NCBI GenBank assembly: GCA_048938895.1
Contig: JBHLLU010000018.1
Location: forward strand, 1-64,000
Origin: Promethearchaeota archaeon
GTDB lineage: Archaea > Asgardarchaeota > Lokiarchaeia > Sigyniarchaeales > SOKP01
Reading direction: 5' to 3'
DNA: 64,000 nucleotides
Shown here: one piece after another, positions 1-9,852 of the stretch
Layout: every line of letters begins with the position of its first letter
Position numbering within the stretch: the stretch's first letter is position 1
Notes under the pieces: model-generated
Database searches by the model: none
The model's input: the letters and a program-made list of their open reading frames with translations, nothing else
What the model was told of the DNA's origin: nothing
Program-made: the position numbers and the translations under genes

Positions 1-335
1 GGTTCATCCGCCATTTTTTGAACAGATATCTTTTTTTCAGTTTGGGCGGGAATCTTCATAAGTTCATCATAAGCTTCTTCAACTTCTTCTTTAGTTTTTA
101 AATTTAATTTAACTGCACCCGTATCGGATTTATGTACAATATCTTCAGCCATAAGTTTTAATACCACAGGAAAACCAATTTTTTCAGCAGAAGATATTGT
201 TTCATCTTTTGAGGTCGTTAAATCTTGACCTGGAATTTTTATTCCAATTTCTTGTAGAAGCTCCTTTGATTCAAACTCGGTTAAAACTGTTTGATTTGTA
301 TCAATCTTATTTTTTAAAACTTCAGCAATGTTCAT
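1..335 (-). CDS. ADP-forming acetate/acyl-CoA ligase beta-subunit-like ATP-grasp protein (partial, runs off the window start)
   Basis: Not in the ORF track. My translation from ATG at 335 is MNIAEVLKNKIDTNQTVLTEFESKELLQEIGIKIPGQ...AEKIGFPVVLKLMAEDIVHKSDTGAVKLNL...ISVQKM. The LTEFESKELL, GFPVVLK and HKSDxGxV motifs are typical of the ACD beta ATP-grasp domain. Confidence 0.85.
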   Translation of the reverse strand, partial: MNIAEVLKNKIDTNQTVLTEFESKELLQEIGIKIPGQDLTTSKDETISSAEKIGFPVVLKLMAEDIVHKSDTGAVKLNLKTKEEVEEAYDELMKIPAQTEKKISVQKMADE

Positions 336-482
336 TACTATTATCTCTTTTACGGATATTGAACTTTTTAGTTCTAATTAATTAATAGAATTATAAAAAA
401 AATATAAAATTAATTAAAAAGTATTGAAATCTTAGGATTAGAATTAAAATTAGAAAATAAAAAATAATAATAAATTGAATTA

Positions 483-3332
483 TTACACATTTCTAAACGT
501 CATTCTTCTCTTTTTCCGCATTCTATATTTTCTTACCTCATCAACTACAGATACACTAAATGCCCCTAAAAGAACAGCAATCCAATAATAAGGATGGAGC
601 AAAGGTATAACATGAAAAGCTAATCCCATTGGTGTGTATAATATAAGTAATTGTAAACCCAAAGAAAGGCCAGTTGCCCAGAACAGATGCTTATTTGGAA
701 ATAGATAAAATGGCTTTATGTTTGAGGTACAAGTGTAAACGAACATTAATTCACATAGTACTAAATTAGAAAATAATATTGTTTGGGCAAGTGAAACGGC
801 ATAAAAATTCGCATCTGGCCAAAAATCCGGATTAGAGATAGTTGGATTAAACCCCACTAATTTGGGATCTACTCCTGTAGTTGACCATATAGGGATAAGT
901 ACACCCCATAGTAGCAAATACAATGAAATATCTGTAATTGATGTGTAAATTCCCAAAAGTAGAACAGGACCTTTTATTTCAGGTAACAATGTAAATCCTT
1001 GTCTAGGTTTATCCTTCATTACATCTGGATCTGTGGGAGTTAGGCCAAGCACCATTGCAGGGATTCCATCTGTAGCAATATTTAACCATAAAATCTGAAT
1101 AGGTGCGACTGGAATAGCCAAAAATACATTTGAAAAGAGTTTAATCACGATATATGCAACAAGAATTAAAAAAATTTCATCAAAATTAGTACTTAACATA
1201 TATCTAAAGAAACCTTTAGTAGTTTCAAAAATACCTCTTCCCTCTTCAATAGCATTAACAATTGTAGCATAATTGTCATCAATTAATATCATCTCAGATG
1301 CTTCTTGAGTCACTTCGGTTCCCTTTAGTCCCATCGCAACACCCACATGTGCACCTTTCACCGCAGGTGCATCATTTACACCATCACCTGTCATTGAAAC
1401 TATCAAATCTAATTCTTTCAATCTACGTAATATCCTTAGTTTATGTGTAGAGGTCACTCTCGCAAAGACATCAACGGTCTTTACTCTTTCACGGAGTTCA
1501 TCATCACTCATTCCCTCTAATTCAATTCCAGTGATAGCTTCACTTGATTCTGTTAATCCTATTTCATGAGCAATTGCAATGGCGGTAATCTTATGATCTC
1601 CAGTTATCATTATAGTTCTAATACCTGCTTGACGAGCTTCTTCAATCGCATCTTTAACCTCATCTCTTGCTGGATCAATAATCCCAACCAATCCTAGATA
1701 AACATAGTCAGTTTCAATTTCTTCTTCCTTATAACCTTCTTTTATAGGTTTGTATGCTAAGCCTAATACGCGAAGTGCATTTTTAGCATAATCTTCATTT
1801 TTTTGGAGGATAATACTTTTTACTTCCTCTATAGGCTTTTCTTGTCCATTTATAAGTCCTCTGCTAGCATTTTCTAATAATACATCTGGAGCTCCTTTAA
1901 TCAAGGCAAACAATTGATTATCTATTTTTGATACTACTGACATCATCTTTCTATCAGAACTGAAAGGAATCTCATCAATCTTTTCAGATTTTGTGTCTAA
2001 GTCCATTTTCATTGCTAATACTTTCATTGAGATTTCTGTTGGATCACCAACTACATTTGTATTATTTGTTCCATCATTTTTTGGAGATACGTTTGAATTA
2101 TTACAAAACATGCAGATTTCAAGAAATTTTCTTAAGTAATCATTATTTTCTATTAAAACCTGTTTTTCTGTATCATCTATAATCTTTCCTTCGAGAGCAT
2201 ACCCTACTCCTTCAACATTATACTCTTTTCCTCCTAAAAACACTTTTACTACAGTCATTTCATTTTTAGTTAAAGTACCTGTTTTATCTGAGCAAATAAC
2301 ATTAACCCTCCCTAAAGTCTCGACTGCAGTCAATTTACGTACCAATGCATTGCGATCTGCCATTTTACGCATCCCTAAAGACATCACTACTGTAATTACA
2401 ACTATTAAACCTTCAGGTACGGCCGAAACGGCTAGACTTATTGATATTTCAAAGGCTTCTATAATATCTTCAAGACTTCCCCCTGGAAGGGCTATAACTA
2501 TTATTAACTCTGTTAAAAAGACAACGCCACATATTATCAGTATTACAACACCAAGAAGCTTTCCAAATCTGTTTACTTCTTTCTGAAATGGACTAAGTTC
2601 AATTTCTTCTTCTTGAAGGCTCTCTGCTATTTTACCAATCTCAGTACTCATACCTGTTCCTATAGCGATTCCTTCCCCATTACCACGAGTGATTATGGTA
2701 TTCATATATCCAAGATTTGTTCTATCAGCTAGAATCATTTTCTCATCAACAGGTTTTAAATGCTTCTTTACTGGCTTTGATTCTCCCGTCAAAATTGCTT
2801 CATCAACATAAAGAGAAAATTCTTTAAAAAGCCTAAGATCCGCAGGAAATTTATCACCTTGTTCAAAGAGTATAATATCTCCCGGAACAACTTCCTCTAC
2901 ACCTATTTCTATAACTTGTCCATCTCTTCTAACTTTAGCAAAATGAGGAGCAAGTTTTTTAAGGCTTTCTAAGGATCTTTCAGCTTGATACTCCTGATAA
3001 AAGCCTAATATTGCATTTACAATTAAAATGGCTGCAATTACGATAGCATCTGTATATTCGGAAGGCCAAATATGACCAGTTTTATTCGATTCATAAACTC
3101 CAATCAGAATTGAAATTACTATCGCGAACATCAAAAGATATATTAGAAAATCTTTAAACTGCCCTATGAAAATCTCCCAAGCAGTTTTACCTTTTTCTCT
3201 TTTTAGTTCATTTCTTCCATATTTTTCAAGACGATTTAGTGCCTCGTTTTCAGTCAAACCATTTTCTATAGATGTATTCAGTTTGGTTGCTACTTCAGTA
3301 AAATCAATCGCGTGTGATTGAATATTTTCCAT
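483..3332 (-). CDS. P-type cation-transporting ATPase (P2A, Ca2+-type)
   Basis: TGES, PEGL, DKTGT phosphorylation site, KGAP, MITGD, TGDGVNDAPA and WLNIATDG motifs, about 10 TM helices. Confidence 0.95.
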   Translation of the reverse strand: MENIQSHAIDFTEVATKLNTSIENGLTENEALNRLEKYGRNELKREKGKTAWEIFIGQFKDFLIYLLMFAIVISILIGVYESNKTGHIWPSEYTDAIVIAAILIVNAILGFYQEYQAERSLESLKKLAPHFAKVRRDGQVIEIGVEEVVPGDIILFEQGDKFPADLRLFKEFSLYVDEAILTGESKPVKKHLKPVDEKMILADRTNLGYMNTIITRGNGEGIAIGTGMSTEIGKIAESLQEEEIELSPFQKEVNRFGKLLGVVILIICGVVFLTELIIVIALPGGSLEDIIEAFEISISLAVSAVPEGLIVVITVVMSLGMRKMADRNALVRKLTAVETLGRVNVICSDKTGTLTKNEMTVVKVFLGGKEYNVEGVGYALEGKIIDDTEKQVLIENNDYLRKFLEICMFCNNSNVSPKNDGTNNTNVVGDPTEISMKVLAMKMDLDTKSEKIDEIPFSSDRKMMSVVSKIDNQLFALIKGAPDVLLENASRGLINGQEKPIEEVKSIILQKNEDYAKNALRVLGLAYKPIKEGYKEEEIETDYVYLGLVGIIDPARDEVKDAIEEARQAGIRTIMITGDHKITAIAIAHEIGLTESSEAITGIELEGMSDDELRERVKTVDVFARVTSTHKLRILRRLKELDLIVSMTGDGVNDAPAVKGAHVGVAMGLKGTEVTQEASEMILIDDNYATIVNAIEEGRGIFETTKGFFRYMLSTNFDEIFLILVAYIVIKLFSNVFLAIPVAPIQILWLNIATDGIPAMVLGLTPTDPDVMKDKPRQGFTLLPEIKGPVLLLGIYTSITDISLYLLLWGVLIPIWSTTGVDPKLVGFNPTISNPDFWPDANFYAVSLAQTILFSNLVLCELMFVYTCTSNIKPFYLFPNKHLFWATGLSLGLQLLILYTPMGLAFHVIPLLHPYYWIAVLLGAFSVSVVDEVRKYRMRKKRRMTFRNV

Positions 3333-3618
3333 TTTTATAACACAAATTTTTGTTTATCCTATGATGTTTATTTAAAAGAAATATAAACATTTAAGGTCAT
3401 TATTTGATTTAATAAATTTAAATTCTCTTATAGGTTTTTACAAAAGAAATACTAATAAGTATACAACGTTTAAGTATCAGAAATCTTAATGAGAACTTTT
3501 TGACATTTTATTAAAATTTGAAGACCTTAAGAATTAAAAATGTAAAATTTATAAAGATCTTAATAGTAAAAATAATAGTTATAATAAAAAACATAAACTT
3601 CTCCCAAATTAGATTAAT

Positions 3619-4203
3619 ATGAGACCATCTAGAATTTTTAGATTATTAATTCGCATATTTATCTTATTACTAACTATATCTGTATCGATTGTTGCTTTTC
3701 TAGGTGGATTATCTGCTGTTATGATTCTATCAAATCCAGATAACTTTGGAATTGATACAGGTAACGCAGAATTCAATATCGATTTTAATAACTCTACTCT
3801 CAAAATTGAAAATATTAACTTTACTTTACCTTTTAACATTACTAATGCGGGATATTTCGATTTGGAAAATCTTCAACTAGATCTTCAATTAGGATTAAAT
3901 TATAGTCATATAGATGGAGGAGGTCCGGGAGTGAATGAAACTAGAATTGTCAAAATTCTTGATAGATCACAATATTTTGGTGATATTGCTAAAGGAATAA
4001 CAGGAAACTTTACTTTTTACGGAGATAATAGCAGTTTCATATATTCAAATTTTCCAGATCCACTCACTGAAATAGATTGGTTTAGGGGACCCCCACCATT
4101 AGAATTTTATGCCAATTTTACCATAAGCTTAGATTATTCTATAGGTATGCAATCTATATCTATTACAGCAATAAATGTCTTTGTTGGCGATTTTACACCT
4201 TAG
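3619..4203 (+). CDS. Membrane-anchored extracellular protein (N-terminal TM plus beta-rich, possibly LEA_2/Ig-like domain), many N-glycosylation sequons
   Basis: N-terminal hydrophobic helix, beta-strand pattern NFTLPFNITNAG, about 9 N-x-S/T sequons. Confidence 0.7.
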   Translation: MRPSRIFRLLIRIFILLLTISVSIVAFLGGLSAVMILSNPDNFGIDTGNAEFNIDFNNSTLKIENINFTLPFNITNAGYFDLENLQLDLQLGLNYSHIDGGGPGVNETRIVKILDRSQYFGDIAKGITGNFTFYGDNSSFIYSNFPDPLTEIDWFRGPPPLEFYANFTISLDYSIGMQSISITAINVFVGDFTP

Positions 4204-4215
4204 GAGGTTTTTAAA

Positions 4216-4689
4216 TTGGGCGCTGTTAAAAATATGGTAAAAGGTTTTGTTTTTACGGGTATTTATGTGGTATTTACAATTATTCTTCCATTATTATTAT
4301 TTACATTGATTTTTAGTATTGAAAATTTACCCTTAGAATGGGAACAGCAAGATCAAACAAATATAAAATTCTGGTTAGTTGCTTTTGGATTATTGGTAAG
4401 TGGATTGGCATTTTTTAAATATTCTAGCCCAAAACAATCTATAAGAAAAGCAGTGTTTGCGTTAATTCAAGTTATTGTAAATTGTTTGTATATCTGGAGT
4501 TATAGCTATTCTGGTGCTACTGAAATAACATTTATAATCTTTGATTTCGGTTTTTTTACTTTAGATCTAACACAGATGATTTTAATATACATGGGAATTT
4601 ATTTTCTGACTATTATTTTAAAGGTATATGATGTTATTGATTTTACATTAAATAGAGAGAAAATTCGACAAGACCGGATGAAAAAATAA
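4216..4689 (+). CDS. Hypothetical 4-TM membrane protein
   Basis: Four hydrophobic segments; GGAGG just upstream of the TTG start; operonic with neighbours. Confidence 0.75.
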   Translation: MGAVKNMVKGFVFTGIYVVFTIILPLLLFTLIFSIENLPLEWEQQDQTNIKFWLVAFGLLVSGLAFFKYSSPKQSIRKAVFALIQVIVNCLYIWSYSYSGATEITFIIFDFGFFTLDLTQMILIYMGIYFLTIILKVYDVIDFTLNREKIRQDRMKK

Positions 4690-4707
4690 TAGAGGTGGAA
4701 TATAAAA

Positions 4708-5091
4708 ATGGACTTTTTAGAAATATTAGCAGAAATAGTCGGTTCAATAATGACGTTTTTAAAACCAATTATATCCCCGATAGGTGCCTTTATAGTTGAT
4801 TTAACGGTTGCAGCTACGCAATTTTTCAAGGATAACCTTGGTTCGAGTCTTGTATTTTATATTGTAATCTGTGTCATACTAGTAACCTCTGCTATTATTG
4901 TTAATATTATTTGGCCAGGAGATAGACCCGGGACTATCTTCTCTAAAGGGGTAGGAAAACTTGATGATTTTGATGATAAAATCGATATTTCTGATGATGA
5001 TTTCATTGATGAAATAAAGAGATGTAAGGATTGTGGAAATCCTGTTGGTGATTCAGAAATCTGTCCTTTATGTGGAGCCCGCCAGATTTAA
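4708..5091 (+). CDS. Membrane protein with C-terminal zinc ribbon
   Basis: TM segment, acidic linker, CKDC...CPLC; GAGGTG upstream. Confidence 0.75.
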   Translation: MDFLEILAEIVGSIMTFLKPIISPIGAFIVDLTVAATQFFKDNLGSSLVFYIVICVILVTSAIIVNIIWPGDRPGTIFSKGVGKLDDFDDKIDISDDDFIDEIKRCKDCGNPVGDSEICPLCGARQI

Positions 5092-5312
5092 CCAAAACTA
5101 TTCTCTAAATTTTATTTTTTGAAATAATTTAATTTATTATTCTTTTCACCTGTTCCTAATACCATAATTTGAAGATATTATTTATAATTTGATGCAATAA
5201 GAAGAGAGAACTCGAAAATCAATAAACTATAATTAAGATAAACAACTAGTCTTTTAAAATGGATATTATCTAAATGTAGATATTATAAAAATAAATTAAG
5301 TGTGATAAGATA

Positions 5313-6467
5313 ATGGATTTTTCTTTGACTGAAAATCAAGAAATGTTAAAAAAGATTACAAGAGAATTTGCTGAAACATATCTGGTACCTGTTGCAAGAG
5401 AAAGTGATGAAAAACAAGAATTGGATCAAACAGCTTTTCAAAAAATGAAAGAAATGAAATATTTTGGAGCTTGTATTCCTGAAGAGTATGGAGGAGCTGG
5501 TCTTCATAATGATACTATTGGTTATTGTATAATAATTGAGGAGATTGGTCGTGCTGATGCCGCTTGGGGTCTTTCAATTGCAGTTCATAATAGTCTTGCT
5601 ACTTACCCGATCTATAAGTTTGGAACAGAAGACCAGAAAAAAAAATTTCTATCAGATCTTGCTAAGGGTAATAAAGTGGGTGCTTTCTGCCTTACAGAAC
5701 CAGATGCAGGTTCAGATGCAGCTGGAGTTCAACTAGTAGCAGAAAAAGATGGCAATGATTACATATTAAATGGAACTAAGATTTTTTCTACAAACGGTGG
5801 GATTGCTAATACTCTCCTTGTGATTGCAAAAACAGGTGAAAAAGATGGTAGGAAGCAACTAACTGTTTTTATTGTTGATACTGATACATCAGGTTATTCT
5901 GTTGGTGCAAAAGAAGATAAAATGGGAGTTCGTGGATCCAATACATCTGAACTAATATTTGAAAACGTCAGAGTTCCTGAAGAGAATATTTTGGGTGGAA
6001 TTGGAAACGGATTTAAACTTGCTATGCAAATTCTTGGATATGGAAGAATCGGAATCGCTGCTCAATCTGTAGGTTTAGGACAAGCGGCATTAGAAGCTTC
6101 AATTAAATATGCAAATGAAAGAGTCCAATTTGGGCAACCAATCGGAAGATTTCAAGCAATACAATGGAAAATTGCGGATATGGCTTGCGCAGTAGAAGCT
6201 GGACGGTATTTCACCCTTAAAGCAGCGTATATGTATGATAATCAAATGGATTATGGACATGTTAGTTCAATGGCAAAATTAGTTGCATCTGAAGCAGCAA
6301 TGCAAGCAGCACACAGTGCAGTTCAAATTCACGGAGGATATGGGTTAATGAAAGCATATCCTGTAGAAAGATATTTCAGAGATGCAAAGATGGGAGAGAT
6401 TTATGAAGGAACAAGTGAGATTCAGCGAATGGTAATTGCTAACCAATTACTACGTAAAGGAGTTTAG
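5313..6467 (+). CDS. Acyl-CoA dehydrogenase (short-chain/butyryl-CoA type)
   Basis: IPEEYGG, FCLTEPDAGSD, LNGTKIF, RVQFGQPI, QIHGGYG, IYEGTSEIQR. Confidence 0.96.
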   Translation: MDFSLTENQEMLKKITREFAETYLVPVARESDEKQELDQTAFQKMKEMKYFGACIPEEYGGAGLHNDTIGYCIIIEEIGRADAAWGLSIAVHNSLATYPIYKFGTEDQKKKFLSDLAKGNKVGAFCLTEPDAGSDAAGVQLVAEKDGNDYILNGTKIFSTNGGIANTLLVIAKTGEKDGRKQLTVFIVDTDTSGYSVGAKEDKMGVRGSNTSELIFENVRVPEENILGGIGNGFKLAMQILGYGRIGIAAQSVGLGQAALEASIKYANERVQFGQPIGRFQAIQWKIADMACAVEAGRYFTLKAAYMYDNQMDYGHVSSMAKLVASEAAMQAAHSAVQIHGGYGLMKAYPVERYFRDAKMGEIYEGTSEIQRMVIANQLLRKGV

Positions 6468-6676
6468 TTTAGATTATAAAAAGTTATATAAATGACCATT
6501 TAATTCAATTCCTAATTTTTTTATTAAAATTTCCAAATTTCTACTTTATTTCTTTTTAAAAGCGGTTAACATATTTTTTAAGATATTTATTAATTAACTA
6601 CTGCTAAGTTTAAATGTGTAATTGATCTATTTAATATGTAATAAGAATATTTATTTTCATTTTTGTCAACTAGATT

Positions 6677-7426
6677 ATGAATTTCAATAATAATCTTGAA
6701 AGCTACAAGAATAAAAAAGATCTTGTTGAAGAACTTAATTTTTATAAATCAGCTATTCTTAAGAAAGTAAAAAGTGGAGATTATAATTCAGCATTGGTAA
6801 AGGTAAGATCCGCTCTAGTGTTGCTTGAAGAACATAAAAGAGATTTTAGACTAGAGAAAGAATTTATTGATTTCTATGAATTAAAAGAACAAGTAAAGAA
6901 AGAGTTATATTCTCATCGAATGAAATATGAACGTCGGTTTAATAATCTTTTAAGGGAAAAACTTAATGAATCAAACATTGAAAATTTTTCACGACTTTTA
7001 GCTATGCTTAAAGCTGAAGTTGATCAAAATTTAGATAAATATAATCTGGAAGATATTAGCATAAATATAACTAAGTATTTCAAATTCATAAAGAAGTTAT
7101 ATGAGATTCTTAGTTGCTATAAAGTACTGAATTATCATGATGCTTCTGGAAAGATATTTGATTTTGTTAAAGATATAAAAACAGAAAATTTTCCTAATTT
7201 AAAATTGCTCATCTCATTAATATATCAAAACTTATTAAAATATAAATTATCAGAATATTCAAAGGAATATGATAAACTCTCTCTCTCCTTTCTCTCTAAT
7301 AGATTAGCAATAAATGAGGGAAAATTAGCTGATTTTATAACAATTATTATGAAGCAACCCAAAAGCCCCATAAAAAGTTATCTTTTAGACACAGGTGAAA
7401 TTTACTTTAGAAAGCAAGGATTTTAA
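6677..7426 (+). CDS. Helical protein with C-terminal PCI-like winged-helix domain
   Basis: Helical N-terminal region; the C-terminus YSKEYDKLSLSFLSNRLAINEGKLADFITIIM...SYLLDTGEIYF follows the PCI pattern (YxxIsLxxLAxxLxL...idxxxgxVxF). Confidence 0.6.
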   Translation: MNFNNNLESYKNKKDLVEELNFYKSAILKKVKSGDYNSALVKVRSALVLLEEHKRDFRLEKEFIDFYELKEQVKKELYSHRMKYERRFNNLLREKLNESNIENFSRLLAMLKAEVDQNLDKYNLEDISINITKYFKFIKKLYEILSCYKVLNYHDASGKIFDFVKDIKTENFPNLKLLISLIYQNLLKYKLSEYSKEYDKLSLSFLSNRLAINEGKLADFITIIMKQPKSPIKSYLLDTGEIYFRKQGF

Positions 7427-7430
7427 ATTT

Positions 7431-8108
7431 TTATTCATCCTCATCTTCGACATCATCAGGTTTCTTTGGACAAGAGTTTAAATGTCTTCCGAGTCTTACA
7501 AATTCTCTTCCACAATATGGACATTTCTGTTTTTCTTCACTCTTATCATCAGAACTTTCTACTTTAGATGTAGACTTTTTCTTTTTTTTTTTATGTGTAG
7601 GCAAAATATCATCAACTGTAACATCATCAGGAGCAAATTCACAGTTTTGTACATGCGCTGGAAGGTCATCAAACAATTCACCGCAGAATGGGCATTCTAC
7701 TTCAGCAAATTCCTCTGAATCCTCAAGATCCTCTTTACCCGCTTTTCTTTTTTCGAATTTTAATGGAACCTCATCATCTTCTTCCTCAAATTCGTCGATT
7801 GATAAATCGATTTCCTCATCAGTTTTAATGGCAGCAAGTTCAAATTCTTCCAATTTTATTTGTTTCTCTCTAATTTTTTGTTCCGCTTTGTTTTTGCTCT
7901 CTTCATATACGTCTGAAAATCTTCGGTTATTTTTCACTGGATCATAAATGTTACAAACCTGACATACATATGCTCGAGTCCCTAAAACTAAATTTCTTGG
8001 AGGACAGTATGCTAATGATTGCAAGCTATTCCCAATATCACCTTTTGGTTCAAGATATTTACAAACTATTTTTCTGGAATATTTTATTTTCTGTTTTCGT
8101 CGAGGGAT
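7431..8108 (-). CDS. Zinc-finger protein with two C2HC (UBZ-like) fingers, acidic linker and poly-Lys tract
   Basis: CPFC..x8..HVQNC and CPYC..x8..HLNSC. The frame stays open 28 codons upstream of the TTG at 8024, to ATC at 8108 preceded by GGTGA, which adds a further Cys to an N-terminal C..C..CxxC cluster. The start position is inferred. Confidence 0.7.
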   Translation of the reverse strand: MPRRKQKIKYSRKIVCKYLEPKGDIGNSLQSLAYCPPRNLVLGTRAYVCQVCNIYDPVKNNRRFSDVYEESKNKAEQKIREKQIKLEEFELAAIKTDEEIDLSIDEFEEEDDEVPLKFEKRKAGKEDLEDSEEFAEVECPFCGELFDDLPAHVQNCEFAPDDVTVDDILPTHKKKKKKSTSKVESSDDKSEEKQKCPYCGREFVRLGRHLNSCPKKPDDVEDEDE

Positions 8109-8184
8109 TTTTCCATCACCAAAAAGAAGTAGTTAAGATAGTGTTTCTTAAAATATATTTTTTTTGAATTTATTAGTAAAATCA

Positions 8185-9741
8185 TTAAAAATTATAGCTA
8201 ATGCTTTTGAGATCATTAATTAATTTCTTTTTAATCCCAACATTATCGAGGCTGGGTAATAATTCTTCGACTATATCTCTTAATTCAACAATTTTTTGTA
8301 TAAGTAAATCTGGTTTATTCCAAAAAGATGTCCGTAAAGGATGCATTCTTGCAATTGCCTTATTATAATTTTCAATAGCAGCTCGATAAAATAAACAGGC
8401 ATTTTCCAATTTGTTTAACCTTGTTTGATAAATATTACCAATCTTATTAAAACACATTCCTGCTCCTGCATAATCACCTTCATTTTCAAAATCAACTGCT
8501 GCATCTTGAATTTTAATCAAGCCTTCCTCCAAAACATCATTACTCCCCTTCTTTAATAAAATATATCCTAATATATAATTTGAAACACCTTTATAAAATA
8601 GATTTTTATGTTTTTTTGCAATTTTGAATAAATCTTCACCAAATTCTCCTGCGAATACTAAATGATCATTAGCAATACATTTTTGGGATACAGTTCTTAA
8701 TAAATCCATGACTTTTTCTAAATTCTTTAATTCTTTGTAATGATTGATCCCCTGTCGGAATTTTTCTATACCACCAAAAGCATCCTTATTATTGAAAGCT
8801 TGATTTCCCTCGTATATCAATCTTTCAGCAAGTTCCTTTTTTGTTCTATCCTTTTGTCTTTGTTCTTCTTTTTGTGCTATGTCATCAACTTTGAAGTTTA
8901 TATCTTCTTCCATGGGGATTTCGGTTAAGAGGTTATCATTAGAAGCACTGCCGATGTTAAAGTCAAAAGGTGAAAGGTTTTCTGCTTTTATTTGGTTTTC
9001 CCCATAGGCTGCTTGTAAAGGCTTTCCTTCAGAAACGAGTGCCGATAATTCTGATAGTACATTAGCAAAGAAATATTTGTTCAATCCATCAACAATATAA
9101 TCTACTTTATGATAATTATTACTATATTCAGGAGCGTTTATATCCATAGTAGTATCTGTAATTCTATAGATTTCAAAACCAGTGTCATATTTTGTGATTA
9201 TAAATTCTGAATTTTCTTGTCTTTCCTGTTTTTTCTTTCCTAATAACGTATGATCAAACACTAAACCTATTCCATCTTCATGGGTTTGAAAAAAAACTTG
9301 ATTTCTAAGATCTATATCTGAAAAAAAAAGCCCTAAACCGGGATGGGAATGAAACCAACCTACAATGTAAAGATTTTCTCCTTGCGAATCTAACTTATCT
9401 TGTATTTCAGCTATGAATACATAATGCCTATTATCTAAGATAACATCTGTATCATGCCCAAATGTTAAAGCCTCTGCCCCTACTACATGAACAAAATCAT
9501 CATCAGTAAAACCTATTAAAACACCATAAATTTCTTTCCAATTCTCAGGTGGAATTGATCTGTTAGAATATCTACTTGCATATAGAATAATAGTTTTATA
9601 TGCCTTAGCAGAAAGTATTACAGGCTTACCTGGCATTCGCTTTTGTTCTTCTTCTGCTGGATTGATCTCTTCTTCTTCGTTTTCATATTTTTCTTCTTTT
9701 TCTTCATCGTTTTCTTTTGGATTTTTAATTTCTTCCGACAT
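8185..9741 (-). CDS. MPN+/JAMM metalloprotease (Rpn11/CSN5-like) fused to C-terminal TPR/alpha-SNAP-like helical repeats
   Basis: KEIYGVLIG (catalytic Glu) and VGWFHSHPGLGLFFSDID (intact HxH-x7-S-x2-D); TPR-like C-terminal half. Confidence 0.88.
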   Translation of the reverse strand: MSEEIKNPKENDEEKEEKYENEEEEINPAEEEQKRMPGKPVILSAKAYKTIILYASRYSNRSIPPENWKEIYGVLIGFTDDDFVHVVGAEALTFGHDTDVILDNRHYVFIAEIQDKLDSQGENLYIVGWFHSHPGLGLFFSDIDLRNQVFFQTHEDGIGLVFDHTLLGKKKQERQENSEFIITKYDTGFEIYRITDTTMDINAPEYSNNYHKVDYIVDGLNKYFFANVLSELSALVSEGKPLQAAYGENQIKAENLSPFDFNIGSASNDNLLTEIPMEEDINFKVDDIAQKEEQRQKDRTKKELAERLIYEGNQAFNNKDAFGGIEKFRQGINHYKELKNLEKVMDLLRTVSQKCIANDHLVFAGEFGEDLFKIAKKHKNLFYKGVSNYILGYILLKKGSNDVLEEGLIKIQDAAVDFENEGDYAGAGMCFNKIGNIYQTRLNKLENACLFYRAAIENYNKAIARMHPLRTSFWNKPDLLIQKIVELRDIVEELLPSLDNVGIKKKLINDLKSISYNF

Positions 9742-9852
9742 TTTAGATTTTCTCTTTATTTATTATGTAATTCCTCAAAAAATTAATAGTTCTTTGCGTA
9801 AATAAAATTTTGCATGTCATTTAAAACCATTTTTCACCCCTAATTCATTTAA

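Noticed and set aside
197-385. 62-aa plus-strand ORF
   Set aside because: Antisense to the recognisable ATP-grasp acyl-CoA ligase gene
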